A stretch of 47,146 nt of DNA from assembly GCA_964637135.1 (NCBI GenBank), contig CAZWTX010000018.1, positions 1-47,146 of the forward strand, read 5' to 3'. This document shows, piece by piece, positions 1 through 9,744 of the stretch; the stretch's first letter is position 1; each line of letters begins with the position of its first letter. Position numbers and translations under genes: made by a program. Below the pieces are notes generated by a model. The model worked only from the letters and a program-made list of their open reading frames with translations. It searched no databases and was not told the origin of the DNA. Source of the stretch: an uncultured Methanospirillum sp. (GTDB lineage Archaea > Halobacteriota > Methanomicrobia > Methanomicrobiales > Methanospirillaceae).

Positions 1-2
1 TT

Positions 3-2849
3 CCGGGGATCTACCTCACCTTAAACCCGGTCAATCCGGCCCTCCTCTCCCGGCGAGCCAACCGGCTGAAGATGCGGTTATCCCGGTCCGATCAGACGAC
101 CGCAGACGGGGATATCCTCTGCCGGCGATGGCTGCCGGTGGATATCGATCCGGTCAGGCCGTCCGGGATCTCTGCGACCGATGAAGAGAAGGAGGCTGCC
201 CGGATCAAGGGAACCAATATCACCGCGTTCCTTGCCGAGAGGGGATTTCCCGACCCGGTGGTCGCCGACTCGGGGAACGGAACCCATCTCCTCTACCGGA
301 TCTATCTGCCGAATACGAATGCCTCGACCGAACTTGTCCACCGGTGCCTCTCGGTGCTCTCCGCTCTCTTTTCAGACGAGACCGCCCAGGTGGATACGGC
401 GGTTGCCAATCCGGCGAGGATCTGGAAGCTCTACGGTACCCTCTCCCGCAAAGGGGACAACACCGCTGAACGGCCACACCGGCGGTCGGCGATCCTCTCG
501 GTTCCGGCAGAAATACAGCCCGTTCCGACGTCGGATCTCGAACATCTTGCCGGGCTGCTCCCCGATGAAGCCCCGGCTCCACAGCGGCTCATCACGTTCC
601 GGCGGGCAAAGACCGATCTCGATACCTGGCTCTCCCGGCACCGGATCCCGGTCGTGTCAGAGAAGCCCTGGGAAGGAGGTGTCCTGTACCGGCTCGGCCG
701 GTGTCCGTTCTCCGAGGACCACACCGACGGGGCGTATGCCATCCGGTTCCCGGACGGGAAGATCCATCTCGGCTGCCATCACCAGCGATGCGGAGCCGGG
801 ACGAACCGGTGGCAGGAAGTCGCCGATATCCCGGTGCTCAGGCCTTCACGGGAGGTACAGCCGGATCCCCCGGCTGCGAGACCGGCCGGGGATCCGGTGA
901 ATACGCCGGTCATCAGCCCGGAACGGTCGAGGGCAGAGGCGATCCTGAAGAGCGATCCGGCCGGGTTCATCCTCTCGGTCTTTGGCCGGAGCCATGTCGG
1001 GGATGACGGCCTTGCCAGATCGCTCCTTGCCTCGGCGGCGTCCCGGCTGGTTCTGAATACGAAAGGGATCCATGTCCTCGTCTCCGGTGCATCCGGGAAG
1101 GGGAAGTCTGACGGGATGCGGACGATGCTCAGGCTTCTTCCGCCCGATCAGTCACTGAAAGGAAGGTTTTCTGATAAGGCCCTCTATTACAACCAGGAAC
1201 TCTCACCGGGGTCAATCCTGCTGCTTGACGATATGGTCCTCTCCGAGGATCTCCAGTCGGTGCTCAAGGAGTCGACGACGAGTTTTACCGAGCCGATCCT
1301 CCACCGGACGGTGGACAAGAGCCGCCAGCCGGTGACGCTTTCACTGCCGGAACGATGCATCTGGTGGATTGCGAACGTGCATACCGGCGGAGACGACCAG
1401 GTCTTAAACCGGATGCTGACGGTCTGGGTGGATGATTCCCCTGACCAGGATGCGGCCGTTTACCAGAGGAAACTCGAACACGAGGCAAGATTTCCGGCAG
1501 TCGATGCAGACGGCGACGAGGAAGTGGTCAGGGAGATCTGGCGGCGGCTCACGGCCGAGGGGCCGGTTCCGGTGAGAGTGCCATATGCCGGCCGGATCCG
1601 GATGAAGAACACGACAAACCGCCGGAATGTGGATCTCGTGCTTGACCTTATCAAGGCCCATGCCGTGCTCCACCGGTATTCGAGGACCGTGGAAGAGCAT
1701 CCGACCGGACCGGTGATCGTGGCCGGCAGGGATGATTTTGCGTTTGCCGCCCGGCTGTATGGAGATCTGCACGGATCCTGCGGGAGCCAGGATGCGAAAC
1801 TGACAAAGGATGAGTCACGGCTCGTGGATCTGATCCGGGAACTCTCATGCACGGAGTTTACCTACCGGGAGCTGATGTCCTGGACCGGCTGGAGTTATTA
1901 CAAGGCCCAGCGGGTGATGCGGGGCGATCACGAGGGGGAGCGGACCGGACGGTCCGGGCTGCTTGAGAAGATCGGCGGGATATCAGAGATGATGCAGAGT
2001 CGGACGATCATCCAGGCCAACGGCCGGGAGAGCCGCCGGTCATGCCGGGTCTTTCTCGTGGATCCGGATCACCTCACTTCCGGGCTGGGAAACGGGCTCA
2101 TCTGGCTTGAGGAGGACGAGGATCCCGGCCGGCAGGATCCGGGGTCAGGGTCGGGGAGCGATGTGAGCGGGTCGTGTGCGGTGGTTTCCGCTCAGGACGA
2201 AGTCTTTGATACTGGTCCGGATGACGGTGAAATGGTAGGTATCGGGGAGATCAGATCGGCCGATCCCGTCCTGAACGGAGATCTTCAGGCAGAGAGGAGA
2301 CAGGTGGTGGAAGCGGTCTTCCGGCAGGGTCGTCCCCTGATCCCGGGATCAGGTGCTCAGGACGATTCCGGGGATCTGAATTCCGGCCATGATGGTCCGG
2401 ACGGACGTTTTATCGCTGATCCGGCGGATTCGTCCCGAGCGGATCCTGACCGCTCAGCACCCGCTCAGGACGGGGGGAGGGGGATAGTGTTGTCAGCGAT
2501 CGATCCGGGGGATTATGTCCGGCTTGAGATCCGGGAGCGAAGGCCCTGTTCCTGTTGCGGTAAATCTCATACTGAATTCCGGGAACGGATGACCAGGGAT
2601 CGGATGAACGATCCTCCCCGGCCAAACCGGATGTTATGTACAGAATGTTACCAGGCGACGGTGATCCGGCGGTCCCGGTCGATTACGACGCTGCCGGGGT
2701 CGATCGAGGTGTCTGGGATGAAACGGTGGTCAGTTCCCTTGGGCCGGTGTCATGTCTGCGGAGGAGGAGCGATCGAGTGGTATGATCCGGTCGGACATGT
2801 GGGGCTGTGTGAGATGTGTTATGGGAGGGAGAAAGGCATTGTCTCGTGA
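3..2849 (+). CDS. Primase/helicase-like replication protein of a mobile element (AEP-type primase + Zn finger + P-loop AAA+ + C-terminal Zn ribbons); 5' end lies outside the window
   Basis: The frame is open from position 3 (PGIYLTLNPVNPALLSRRANRLK) into the ATG at 72. AEP-like motifs are VDID, DSGNGTHL and ARIWKLYGT. Also present: CPFSEDH...CHHQRC Zn motif, Walker A GASGKGKS, Walker B LLLDD, and C-terminal CSCC/CTEC and CHVC/CEMC pairs. Confidence 0.75.
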   Translation, partial: PGIYLTLNPVNPALLSRRANRLKMRLSRSDQTTADGDILCRRWLPVDIDPVRPSGISATDEEKEAARIKGTNITAFLAERGFPDPVVADSGNGTHLLYRIYLPNTNASTELVHRCLSVLSALFSDETAQVDTAVANPARIWKLYGTLSRKGDNTAERPHRRSAILSVPAEIQPVPTSDLEHLAGLLPDEAPAPQRLITFRRAKTDLDTWLSRHRIPVVSEKPWEGGVLYRLGRCPFSEDHTDGAYAIRFPDGKIHLGCHHQRCGAGTNRWQEVADIPVLRPSREVQPDPPAARPAGDPVNTPVISPERSRAEAILKSDPAGFILSVFGRSHVGDDGLARSLLASAASRLVLNTKGIHVLVSGASGKGKSDGMRTMLRLLPPDQSLKGRFSDKALYYNQELSPGSILLLDDMVLSEDLQSVLKESTTSFTEPILHRTVDKSRQPVTLSLPERCIWWIANVHTGGDDQVLNRMLTVWVDDSPDQDAAVYQRKLEHEARFPAVDADGDEEVVREIWRRLTAEGPVPVRVPYAGRIRMKNTTNRRNVDLVLDLIKAHAVLHRYSRTVEEHPTGPVIVAGRDDFAFAARLYGDLHGSCGSQDAKLTKDESRLVDLIRELSCTEFTYRELMSWTGWSYYKAQRVMRGDHEGERTGRSGLLEKIGGISEMMQSRTIIQANGRESRRSCRVFLVDPDHLTSGLGNGLIWLEEDEDPGRQDPGSGSGSDVSGSCAVVSAQDEVFDTGPDDGEMVGIGEIRSADPVLNGDLQAERRQVVEAVFRQGRPLIPGSGAQDDSGDLNSGHDGPDGRFIADPADSSRADPDRSAPAQDGGRGIVLSAIDPGDYVRLEIRERRPCSCCGKSHTEFRERMTRDRMNDPPRPNRMLCTECYQATVIRRSRSITTLPGSIEVSGMKRWSVPLGRCHVCGGGAIEWYDPVGHVGLCEMCYGREKGIVS

Positions 2850-2876
2850 AAACAATCTGAATCTGAGAAGATAGGC

Positions 2877-3089
2877 ATGTCAGATCCGATCCTGGTCACT
2901 GCTGATTATGCAAATGGACAGTACCATCTCAGGAATGATGTCTTCCAGGTAGAGCCCTCTTCACCCGGGCTGGAAGAGGGATTGGGCCTGATCCGGGATA
3001 AGCTGGAACTTCTTTATCTTGAGTACTGTACCGGTGATCCGGATGAAATGATTCTGGATGAGTTATTCGAAATTCTCATTTTCGAGTAG
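2877..3089 (+). CDS. Small acidic hypothetical protein (possibly HicB-like fold fragment)
   Basis: 70-aa ORF directly after the replication gene; beta-beta-beta then LEEGL helix pattern. Confidence 0.4.
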   Translation: MSDPILVTADYANGQYHLRNDVFQVEPSSPGLEEGLGLIRDKLELLYLEYCTGDPDEMILDELFEILIFE

Positions 3090-3347
3090 TAAGAGTTGAT
3101 ACCATGAAGGAGAACTATGGGTTTGTAACTGAAGTAATAGTCCTGATATTTTCAGAGTCTATCAAGGATGTTACACTACTCAGGTTTGATCTTCACACAA
3201 GGGTACTTTCTGATCCAAAAAAACATCAAAGAAATAATGTGAAATTTTCCTCATTGTATCGCTGCCTTCGGGTTCGACAACAACCTCTGTCTGCACGTTT
3301 TTGGAGAGCCTCTACTTATATGCGGGTGTAGATCAGATATAAATAAG

Positions 3348-6134
3348 ATGACTGACCGATCAGAATATCTCACCCGGAAAGAGAAGATAGATCCACTTCT
3401 TTTTGAGCAGGGATGGGATGTTTCTGATCGCTCCCATATCAGGGTGGAGATTGACACAAAGCAGTCCGGATTTCTACTGAAAGATTACCGAACAGTGTCA
3501 GAGACACTGAAAAATGACTTGGAGAGTAAGTATGCTGATTATCTCCTCCTCGATTCTGCAGGATCTCCACTTGCTGTTGTTGAGGCGAAACGGACGAGTA
3601 AAGATCCGCTCGTAGGTCAGAAGCAGGCTGAAGAATATGCAAATGACATCAAGGCCCAGACCGGCAGAGACGTCTTCATTTTTCTGACCAACGGAGAGAG
3701 TATCAAGTTCTGGGACCGGACCCGGGCCGGGGTGAGGGAGGTATCAGGTTTTTATTCCCGGAGAGATTTAGAACGCATCAGGTTTCAGAATGAGCATCTG
3801 ATGCTTGAAGCTCCGGTTGTAGTCAATACCGATATTGTTGATCGGGCCCGGAATATTGAGAATGTTAAACGAGTGGTTGAACACATTCTCAAAGGTCATC
3901 GCAAGGCACTCATTGTAATGGCTACAGGGACTGGAAAAACCCGGGTTGCGATGGGAATTATTGACCTTCTGATGAAGATGCACCTCGTTCAGCGGGTGCT
4001 CTTTCTTGCAGACCGGAAGGCCCTCCGGGACCAGGCGATGGATAAGGGATATCTGGAATTCTTTTCTGAAGAGTCAAAAAATACGATCAGGGGGAAAGAG
4101 TACAATCCTGATGCCCGTCTGTATGTCTCGACGATCCAGACATTCATGGAGATATATCAGAACCGGGATGAGCAGGGACGGCTGATTATGTCTCCCGGTG
4201 AGTTTGATCTGATCTTTTCTGATGAGGCTCACCGGTCTATCTATAACAAGTGGCGTGATGTGTTTACCTACTTTGATGGGGTTCAGATCGGGCTTACTGC
4301 AACCCCCTCGGAATTGGTGGACCGTGATACATTCCAGTTTTTTGACTGTTATGATGATACCCCTACTGCCCTGTATGAGTACTCTGATGCGGTGAAAGAC
4401 GGGGTACTCGTTGATTTTCGTCAGAGTGTGATATCAGCCCAGACTCATTTCCAGATAGAAGGAGTAAAACCTAAAGACCTCTCTGAAGAGGAGCGTGATC
4501 GTCTCATTGCGAAAGGGATTGATCCTGATGAGGTGGATTTTGAAGGGTCTGAGCTTGAGAAGAAGGTGGCAGTTCTCGGGACGAGTATTGCGATTGTCAG
4601 GGAGTTCATGGATAACTGCCAGATGGATGCCACCGGAACCCTCCCGGCAAAGACGATCTTCTTTGCGATAACAAAAAATCATGCCCACCGGCTTCAGGAA
4701 GCCTTTGACAAGTTATATCCGGAATACAAAGGCGACCTTGCAAGAGTGATTATTTCCGAAGATTCACGTTCAGATACGTTGATCAAAGAATTTTCAGATA
4801 AGTCAATACCCAGGATCGCTATCTCTGTTGATATGCTTGATACCGGTGTTGATGTGCCAGAGGTCTGCAACCTGGTCTTTGCAAAACCGGTGTTCTCAAA
4901 GATTAAGTTCTGGCAGATGATCGGACGGGGTACCCGATCCGAGGAGGCCTGTAAGCACAAGGAATGGCTGCCTGAAGGGGGAAAGGATTACTTTTCTATC
5001 TTTGACTTCTGGAATAATTTCGAGTATTTCAATATGAAACCGGACGGGGTGGAGGCTGGGCCCATCATCCCGATGACCGGAAGGGTATTCCTTGTGAGGG
5101 TTCAGCAACTGGAGCATCACATCAGGGCAAGAAATGAGGTGAGGACCAATCAGATACGCACCCTGATTGAAGAGACGATAACTGCCCTTCCCATGGATTC
5201 GGTGACCGTCAGGGCTGCTAATGACTCTATTAAGAAGGTGCTATCAGGGTGGATCTGGGATAATGTGGGAGTAGACCCGGTTTCATTTCTCAAGAGAGAG
5301 ATGATGCCCCTGATGCGGTTTGCAGTTGGGACAAACTTGTCTGTTGCATCCTTTACCCTGAAGTATGAAAAACTGGCATACGCCGTGCTGAAGCACAACG
5401 ACACCGAGATAGAGCGATTGAAACCTGATATCGGTGACATGGTTGCCCGGCTTCCGATGACCATAGATGCGGTGAAAGCAGAGGAGGCTCTGATTAAACG
5501 GGTGCTTTCACCCTCATTCTGGGTCTCTCCTGAGTATGATGAGGTCAGGGAGGTTGGCACTCGGCTTGCTCCCCTGATGAAGTACATGCAGAAAGAGACT
5601 TTTGAGCCGATTGTCATCAGAATGGGGGATACCGTGGAGAAGTGGGTTCAGATGCAGATTGCTGAACCTGATATTCCTTATGTGGTGAACTACCTGGAAC
5701 GGGTGATGGGCAGGATTATCTCACTGATCTCTTCAGTTCCGGCAATAGAGAAGATAGAACGGGGTGAAGAGGTCACGGATGCAGAGATCAGGGAGATTGA
5801 GACGGCCCTAAACCGAGCAGGAGTTCCGGTCCATGCCTCGTTCAAAGGCAGGATCGTTGACCTGATTAAGACTGCCATAGACCAGGATCACAAGAGAGTG
5901 GAAGCGTCATTTGAGAAGTATATCCGGGAGCACCAGGGACAGTACACCGCTGACCAGATTTCATTCATCAGGATACTGAAGATAAATTTCATGAAGAGGC
6001 GGCATATTGAGCGGGGTGATCTGTTTGAGGCTCCGTTTACGAACCTTGGGTTGCATGTTCCGATCCCGATGTTCTCAGAAGAAGAGATAGATACGTTGAT
6101 CGGGCTGTGCGATGGGCTTGATATTTATTCCTAA
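3348..6134 (+). CDS. hsdR: Type I restriction enzyme R subunit (EcoAI/EcoEI-like)
   Basis: Nuclease motif YADYLL...VVEAK; helicase motifs MATGTGKT, DEAH, LTATP, DMLDTGVD, QMIGRGTR. Confidence 0.95.
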   Translation: MTDRSEYLTRKEKIDPLLFEQGWDVSDRSHIRVEIDTKQSGFLLKDYRTVSETLKNDLESKYADYLLLDSAGSPLAVVEAKRTSKDPLVGQKQAEEYANDIKAQTGRDVFIFLTNGESIKFWDRTRAGVREVSGFYSRRDLERIRFQNEHLMLEAPVVVNTDIVDRARNIENVKRVVEHILKGHRKALIVMATGTGKTRVAMGIIDLLMKMHLVQRVLFLADRKALRDQAMDKGYLEFFSEESKNTIRGKEYNPDARLYVSTIQTFMEIYQNRDEQGRLIMSPGEFDLIFSDEAHRSIYNKWRDVFTYFDGVQIGLTATPSELVDRDTFQFFDCYDDTPTALYEYSDAVKDGVLVDFRQSVISAQTHFQIEGVKPKDLSEEERDRLIAKGIDPDEVDFEGSELEKKVAVLGTSIAIVREFMDNCQMDATGTLPAKTIFFAITKNHAHRLQEAFDKLYPEYKGDLARVIISEDSRSDTLIKEFSDKSIPRIAISVDMLDTGVDVPEVCNLVFAKPVFSKIKFWQMIGRGTRSEEACKHKEWLPEGGKDYFSIFDFWNNFEYFNMKPDGVEAGPIIPMTGRVFLVRVQQLEHHIRARNEVRTNQIRTLIEETITALPMDSVTVRAANDSIKKVLSGWIWDNVGVDPVSFLKREMMPLMRFAVGTNLSVASFTLKYEKLAYAVLKHNDTEIERLKPDIGDMVARLPMTIDAVKAEEALIKRVLSPSFWVSPEYDEVREVGTRLAPLMKYMQKETFEPIVIRMGDTVEKWVQMQIAEPDIPYVVNYLERVMGRIISLISSVPAIEKIERGEEVTDAEIREIETALNRAGVPVHASFKGRIVDLIKTAIDQDHKRVEASFEKYIREHQGQYTADQISFIRILKINFMKRRHIERGDLFEAPFTNLGLHVPIPMFSEEEIDTLIGLCDGLDIYS

Positions 6135-6290
6135 ATTAAGTAGATTTATGTGAGTGCTCAAGTATATTAACTCATATTTGCACAAAATAGGTAACCTTTA
6201 AGGTCTTCAATAGTAACAAAATGAATAAGAGAACTCTGGTTGCAAACCTGATTTGTCTTATAATTAGGATTCAAGGTGAAGGGAGGAATT

Positions 6291-6797
6291 ATGACGGAAG
6301 ATAACCGGCGGGAGCTGATTCTTGCTAATATTCTTAATTTACTCCACTATGATACCATCAACACAGATGAGTTTAATAACCGGATTATCTATCAAAAGAT
6401 TGTTTATCTTCTGCAATATCTTGGAATATCGTTAGGATACCGATTCAACTGGTATATTCGTGGGCCATATTCACCACTGTTAACAAGGACCCTATATAAT
6501 CTATCTGAAAATTCAGAATTGCAACAATCTGGAAGAGAAAAACAATTAAAAAATGTTGATGAGATTGAAAGAAGAATTGCAGAGTTGCAAAAAGTTGTCG
6601 ATCGTCATCATGATGATGCAATGTTCCTTGAAATCCTGGCTTCTTTGGCATATATTAAAAGAAGTAATCCAAGAAAGTACACCCATGACAACATTATTGA
6701 AAAGTTGTACATGCAAAAACCATTCATTAAGGAATTAACAAACTATCAGGATATTTGCTCTGAAGCATTACACACTCTTGAACACTTAGAGAATTAA
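6291..6797 (+). CDS. YwgA/SocA(Panacea)-like winged-helix protein
   Basis: Motif QKIVYLLQ...YRFNWYIRGPYS and C-terminal LEILASLAYI. GGAGG RBS precedes the ATG at 6291 (the ORF track starts at GTG 6276). Confidence 0.65.
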   Translation: MTEDNRRELILANILNLLHYDTINTDEFNNRIIYQKIVYLLQYLGISLGYRFNWYIRGPYSPLLTRTLYNLSENSELQQSGREKQLKNVDEIERRIAELQKVVDRHHDDAMFLEILASLAYIKRSNPRKYTHDNIIEKLYMQKPFIKELTNYQDICSEALHTLEHLEN

Positions 6798-6802
6798 TTG
6801 AA

Positions 6803-8371
6803 ATGGGTAATTATTGCCAATCAGAAACACCCATTTTTGATAATGTTCATGGTTTTATTTATCCAACTACATTAGAATTATCGATAATTAACTCTCCTTT
6901 TTTTCAGCGATTACGTGATATAAAGCAATTGGGTCTTGTTGAGTATGTATTTCCCGGTGCCAGTCATAATCGGTTTAGTCATTCATTGGGGGTTATGCAT
7001 CTAGCTGGGAAAATGGCTGCTACTATTATTAGGAACCAACAAGAGAGGGGTGAAGTAGAGTTAGACCTAAAAAAAATTCGGTTGGCTGCATTATTACATG
7101 ATATTGGCCATTATCCCTGGTCTCATACTGTCGAATATGTTGTTAGAAAGCAAACAGATAGTAATAATATCCCATTCTGGAATTATCTGGATGGTCCAGA
7201 CAAACCACAGTTAACTCCTGAATTTACTGAAGAATCCGAAAGAAGTAGACCTGAAGAAATCCCTATCCCACAGAAAACACATCTTCTAAATTGCCGGTTA
7301 AATGGAGAAGGAGATTATGCTCATCATGAAAAGATGGCTGGAATTGTTATATATAATTCCAGTGTTTATGATTTGCTGAAGGGTGATGGACTCACTGATG
7401 ATGATATAGATGATATATGCAAACTCATTTCAGGACAGTATTCAGAAGGGTTAGAACAGAGTCTCATTCATTCTGAACTGGATGCAGATCGTTTTGACTA
7501 TTTGTTGAGAGATTCATACCATACCGGCGTATCATATGGTAATTTTGATGTTGAACAGATCATCAGGTATCTCGATATTCAATTTGACCCAAATGGTGGT
7601 AAAGAAAGCCCACAACAGTCATCCTATTTAGTCATTAACAAAAAAGGGCAACGAGCCGTAGAAGATTATCTTATTGCCAGATATTTCCTGTATTCAACGG
7701 TTATTTATCACAAAGCAAATATTTCGTTTAATGCGGTTGCAGAACGGGTATACGAAGGTCTTCTAGAGCGTAATTTAGTCCCTTCGTATGTTAATATACT
7801 GGAATGGTTTGAAAAAACATCAGGAAACGAACCTAATCATCCATATCTCGACTTCACTGATACTTCACTTATCCGGTTATTGCGAGATATATGCTTCCAA
7901 AAGAAAAAACTTGAGAATCCTCCTGATCCTGTAATTTCTACAGATATATTGTATGATCTGATCTGTAAAATTGTCCATCGCGAACCTTTAAAGCAGATTT
8001 ATGAGAATACGGTTCTCACGAGCCGAAGTAACCGGGGGCCATATGATGATGTATGGAATATGAAACTTTCCGAGCAAGAAAGGAAATTTAGAACGAGAGG
8101 ATTGGATGATTCATGGTTGATTCAAACTCATGTAACCACATCTGTTACATCCATTAAGCCCTATGTTTCTATTTTTGACGGTCAGAGTTCCGCTAATCCG
8201 GATGAGGCTATCAGGATATTTAATCCAAAAAATCAGGTGAAGCCAATTTCAATTCTTTCAGATGATGATACTTCAATAATTAAAGTACTTGCAGATAAGG
8301 ATCTTATTATCCGTGGATTGTATACAAAGAATGATGAGTATAAAAGTATTCTAAATTCTGGAGTGAACTAA
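6803..8371 (+). CDS. HD-domain phosphohydrolase, SAMHD1/YwfO-like dNTP triphosphohydrolase family
   Basis: DNVHG, FQRLRDIKQLG, FPGASHNRFSHSLG, LLHDIGH, HHE, LDADRFDYLLRD, RYFLYSTVIYH. Confidence 0.9.
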   Translation: MGNYCQSETPIFDNVHGFIYPTTLELSIINSPFFQRLRDIKQLGLVEYVFPGASHNRFSHSLGVMHLAGKMAATIIRNQQERGEVELDLKKIRLAALLHDIGHYPWSHTVEYVVRKQTDSNNIPFWNYLDGPDKPQLTPEFTEESERSRPEEIPIPQKTHLLNCRLNGEGDYAHHEKMAGIVIYNSSVYDLLKGDGLTDDDIDDICKLISGQYSEGLEQSLIHSELDADRFDYLLRDSYHTGVSYGNFDVEQIIRYLDIQFDPNGGKESPQQSSYLVINKKGQRAVEDYLIARYFLYSTVIYHKANISFNAVAERVYEGLLERNLVPSYVNILEWFEKTSGNEPNHPYLDFTDTSLIRLLRDICFQKKKLENPPDPVISTDILYDLICKIVHREPLKQIYENTVLTSRSNRGPYDDVWNMKLSEQERKFRTRGLDDSWLIQTHVTTSVTSIKPYVSIFDGQSSANPDEAIRIFNPKNQVKPISILSDDDTSIIKVLADKDLIIRGLYTKNDEYKSILNSGVN

Positions 8372-8547
8372 GATTATAATAAAAACTTTGTGATGATTTG
8401 TCATAAATAATGAAAATCATGCTGTGTATTTGGTTCACAAATTGAGTTAGATCTTATATAACAATGTATTTTTCAAACGAAAAAGTATACAGAGAAAGCA
8501 ATAGAACTAGATCCTTTGCATGAAAATGTATCATTGAGGAATAAAGA

Positions 8548-9744
8548 ATGGACAGTGAACTGCCAGATGGATGGGAGTGGAAAAGATTTGATGAAATTGG
8601 AAATATTTTTGCTGGTAGTACACCATCGACGCTAGATGAAAGTAATTTTAATGGTGACATTCCCTGGGTTACCCCTGCAGATTTGGGTAAAACCAAAAAT
8701 ATGTTCATTCAAAACGGACAAAAAAATATTTCTGAAAAGGGGCTTAAATCATCCTCTATTCCACTACTCCCTAAAGGAACGATTCTCTTTTCTTCACGAG
8801 CTCCGATAGGATATGTTGCAATTGCATCCAATGAGATCACTACGAATCAAGGTTGTAAAAATTTAGTTTTAAATGCTGGGATATTACCTGAATTTGTTTA
8901 TTTTTACATCAAAAAAAATGGAGAATACTTAGAATCATTAGGATCAGGATCTACATTTAAGGAACTCTCCAAAACTCGTTTTTCACAGATTATTATTCCA
9001 ATCCCTCCTCTTGAAACCCAGCGACAGATCGTTCTCATCCTTGAGAAAGCGGATACCATCCGGCGATTGCGGGCAGAATCAGATGCTCTGACGCAGCGGC
9101 TGCTCCAGAGTGTATTTTTAGAGATGTTTGGGGACCCGGTGACGAATCCGATGGGGTGGGATAAGAAAAAAATATCCGAAATCTGTATTCGGCATTTTGG
9201 GGGAGGAACCCCAAGTAAATCTAATGCCGAATATTATTTAGGAGATATTCCCTGGGTATCTCCTAAAGATATGAAAAAGGATTTCATTTTAGACAGTATC
9301 GATCATATCACCGAGGAGGCAGTTAATAATAGTGCCACAAAATTGGTCCCTAAATTCTCATTATTGATGGTAATTCGCAGTGCCATTTTGAAAAAGTATT
9401 TGCCTGTCGCAATTAACCTCAAACCCGTCACAATTAATCAAGACATGAAAGCCTTTATTATTAATACGAAAATTATTTCGCCATATTATTTTCTATATCT
9501 CTTAAAATCTTATCAGAGCCAGTTACTCCAGCGGGTGAGATCTGTAACCGCAGATAATATTGAGTTCGATATGATTCTTAATTCAGAAATCCCAACCCCT
9601 CCACTAAATATTCAAATAAAATTCGAAAATATGGTTAAAGGAGGAAAAGGGATTTCCGACTGTCAAGAAAAGAATAATTTAATGAGTAATGAACTATTTG
9701 ACTCTCTCATGGCAAAAGCATTCACCGGAGAACTCGTTACATGA
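8548..9744 (+). CDS. hsdS: Type I R-M specificity subunit
   Basis: LPDGWEW start, two TRDs (GSTPS...DIPWV; GGTPS...DIPWV), central IPIPPLETQRQIV...MFGDP region, C-terminal KAFTGEL. Confidence 0.95.
   Translation: MDSELPDGWEWKRFDEIGNIFAGSTPSTLDESNFNGDIPWVTPADLGKTKNMFIQNGQKNISEKGLKSSSIPLLPKGTILFSSRAPIGYVAIASNEITTNQGCKNLVLNAGILPEFVYFYIKKNGEYLESLGSGSTFKELSKTRFSQIIIPIPPLETQRQIVLILEKADTIRRLRAESDALTQRLLQSVFLEMFGDPVTNPMGWDKKKISEICIRHFGGGTPSKSNAEYYLGDIPWVSPKDMKKDFILDSIDHITEEAVNNSATKLVPKFSLLMVIRSAILKKYLPVAINLKPVTINQDMKAFIINTKIISPYYFLYLLKSYQSQLLQRVRSVTADNIEFDMILNSEIPTPPLNIQIKFENMVKGGKGISDCQEKNNLMSNELFDSLMAKAFTGELVT

Noticed and set aside
3262..3290. GGTTCGA tRNA T-loop-like fragment as an att site
   Set aside because: No T-stem, acceptor stem or CCA context
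3104..3331. 75-aa ORF before hsdR
   Set aside because: No recognisable motif; may be a spurious ORF or promoter region
6186..6201. aataggtaac(c)tttaa shared with 23102-23116 as a common regulator site
   Set aside because: More simply explained as a generic archaeal BRE/TATA-like promoter sequence or chance
8911..8918. A8 tract in hsdS as a phase-variation switch
   Set aside because: Short, in frame and expected in very AT-rich DNA
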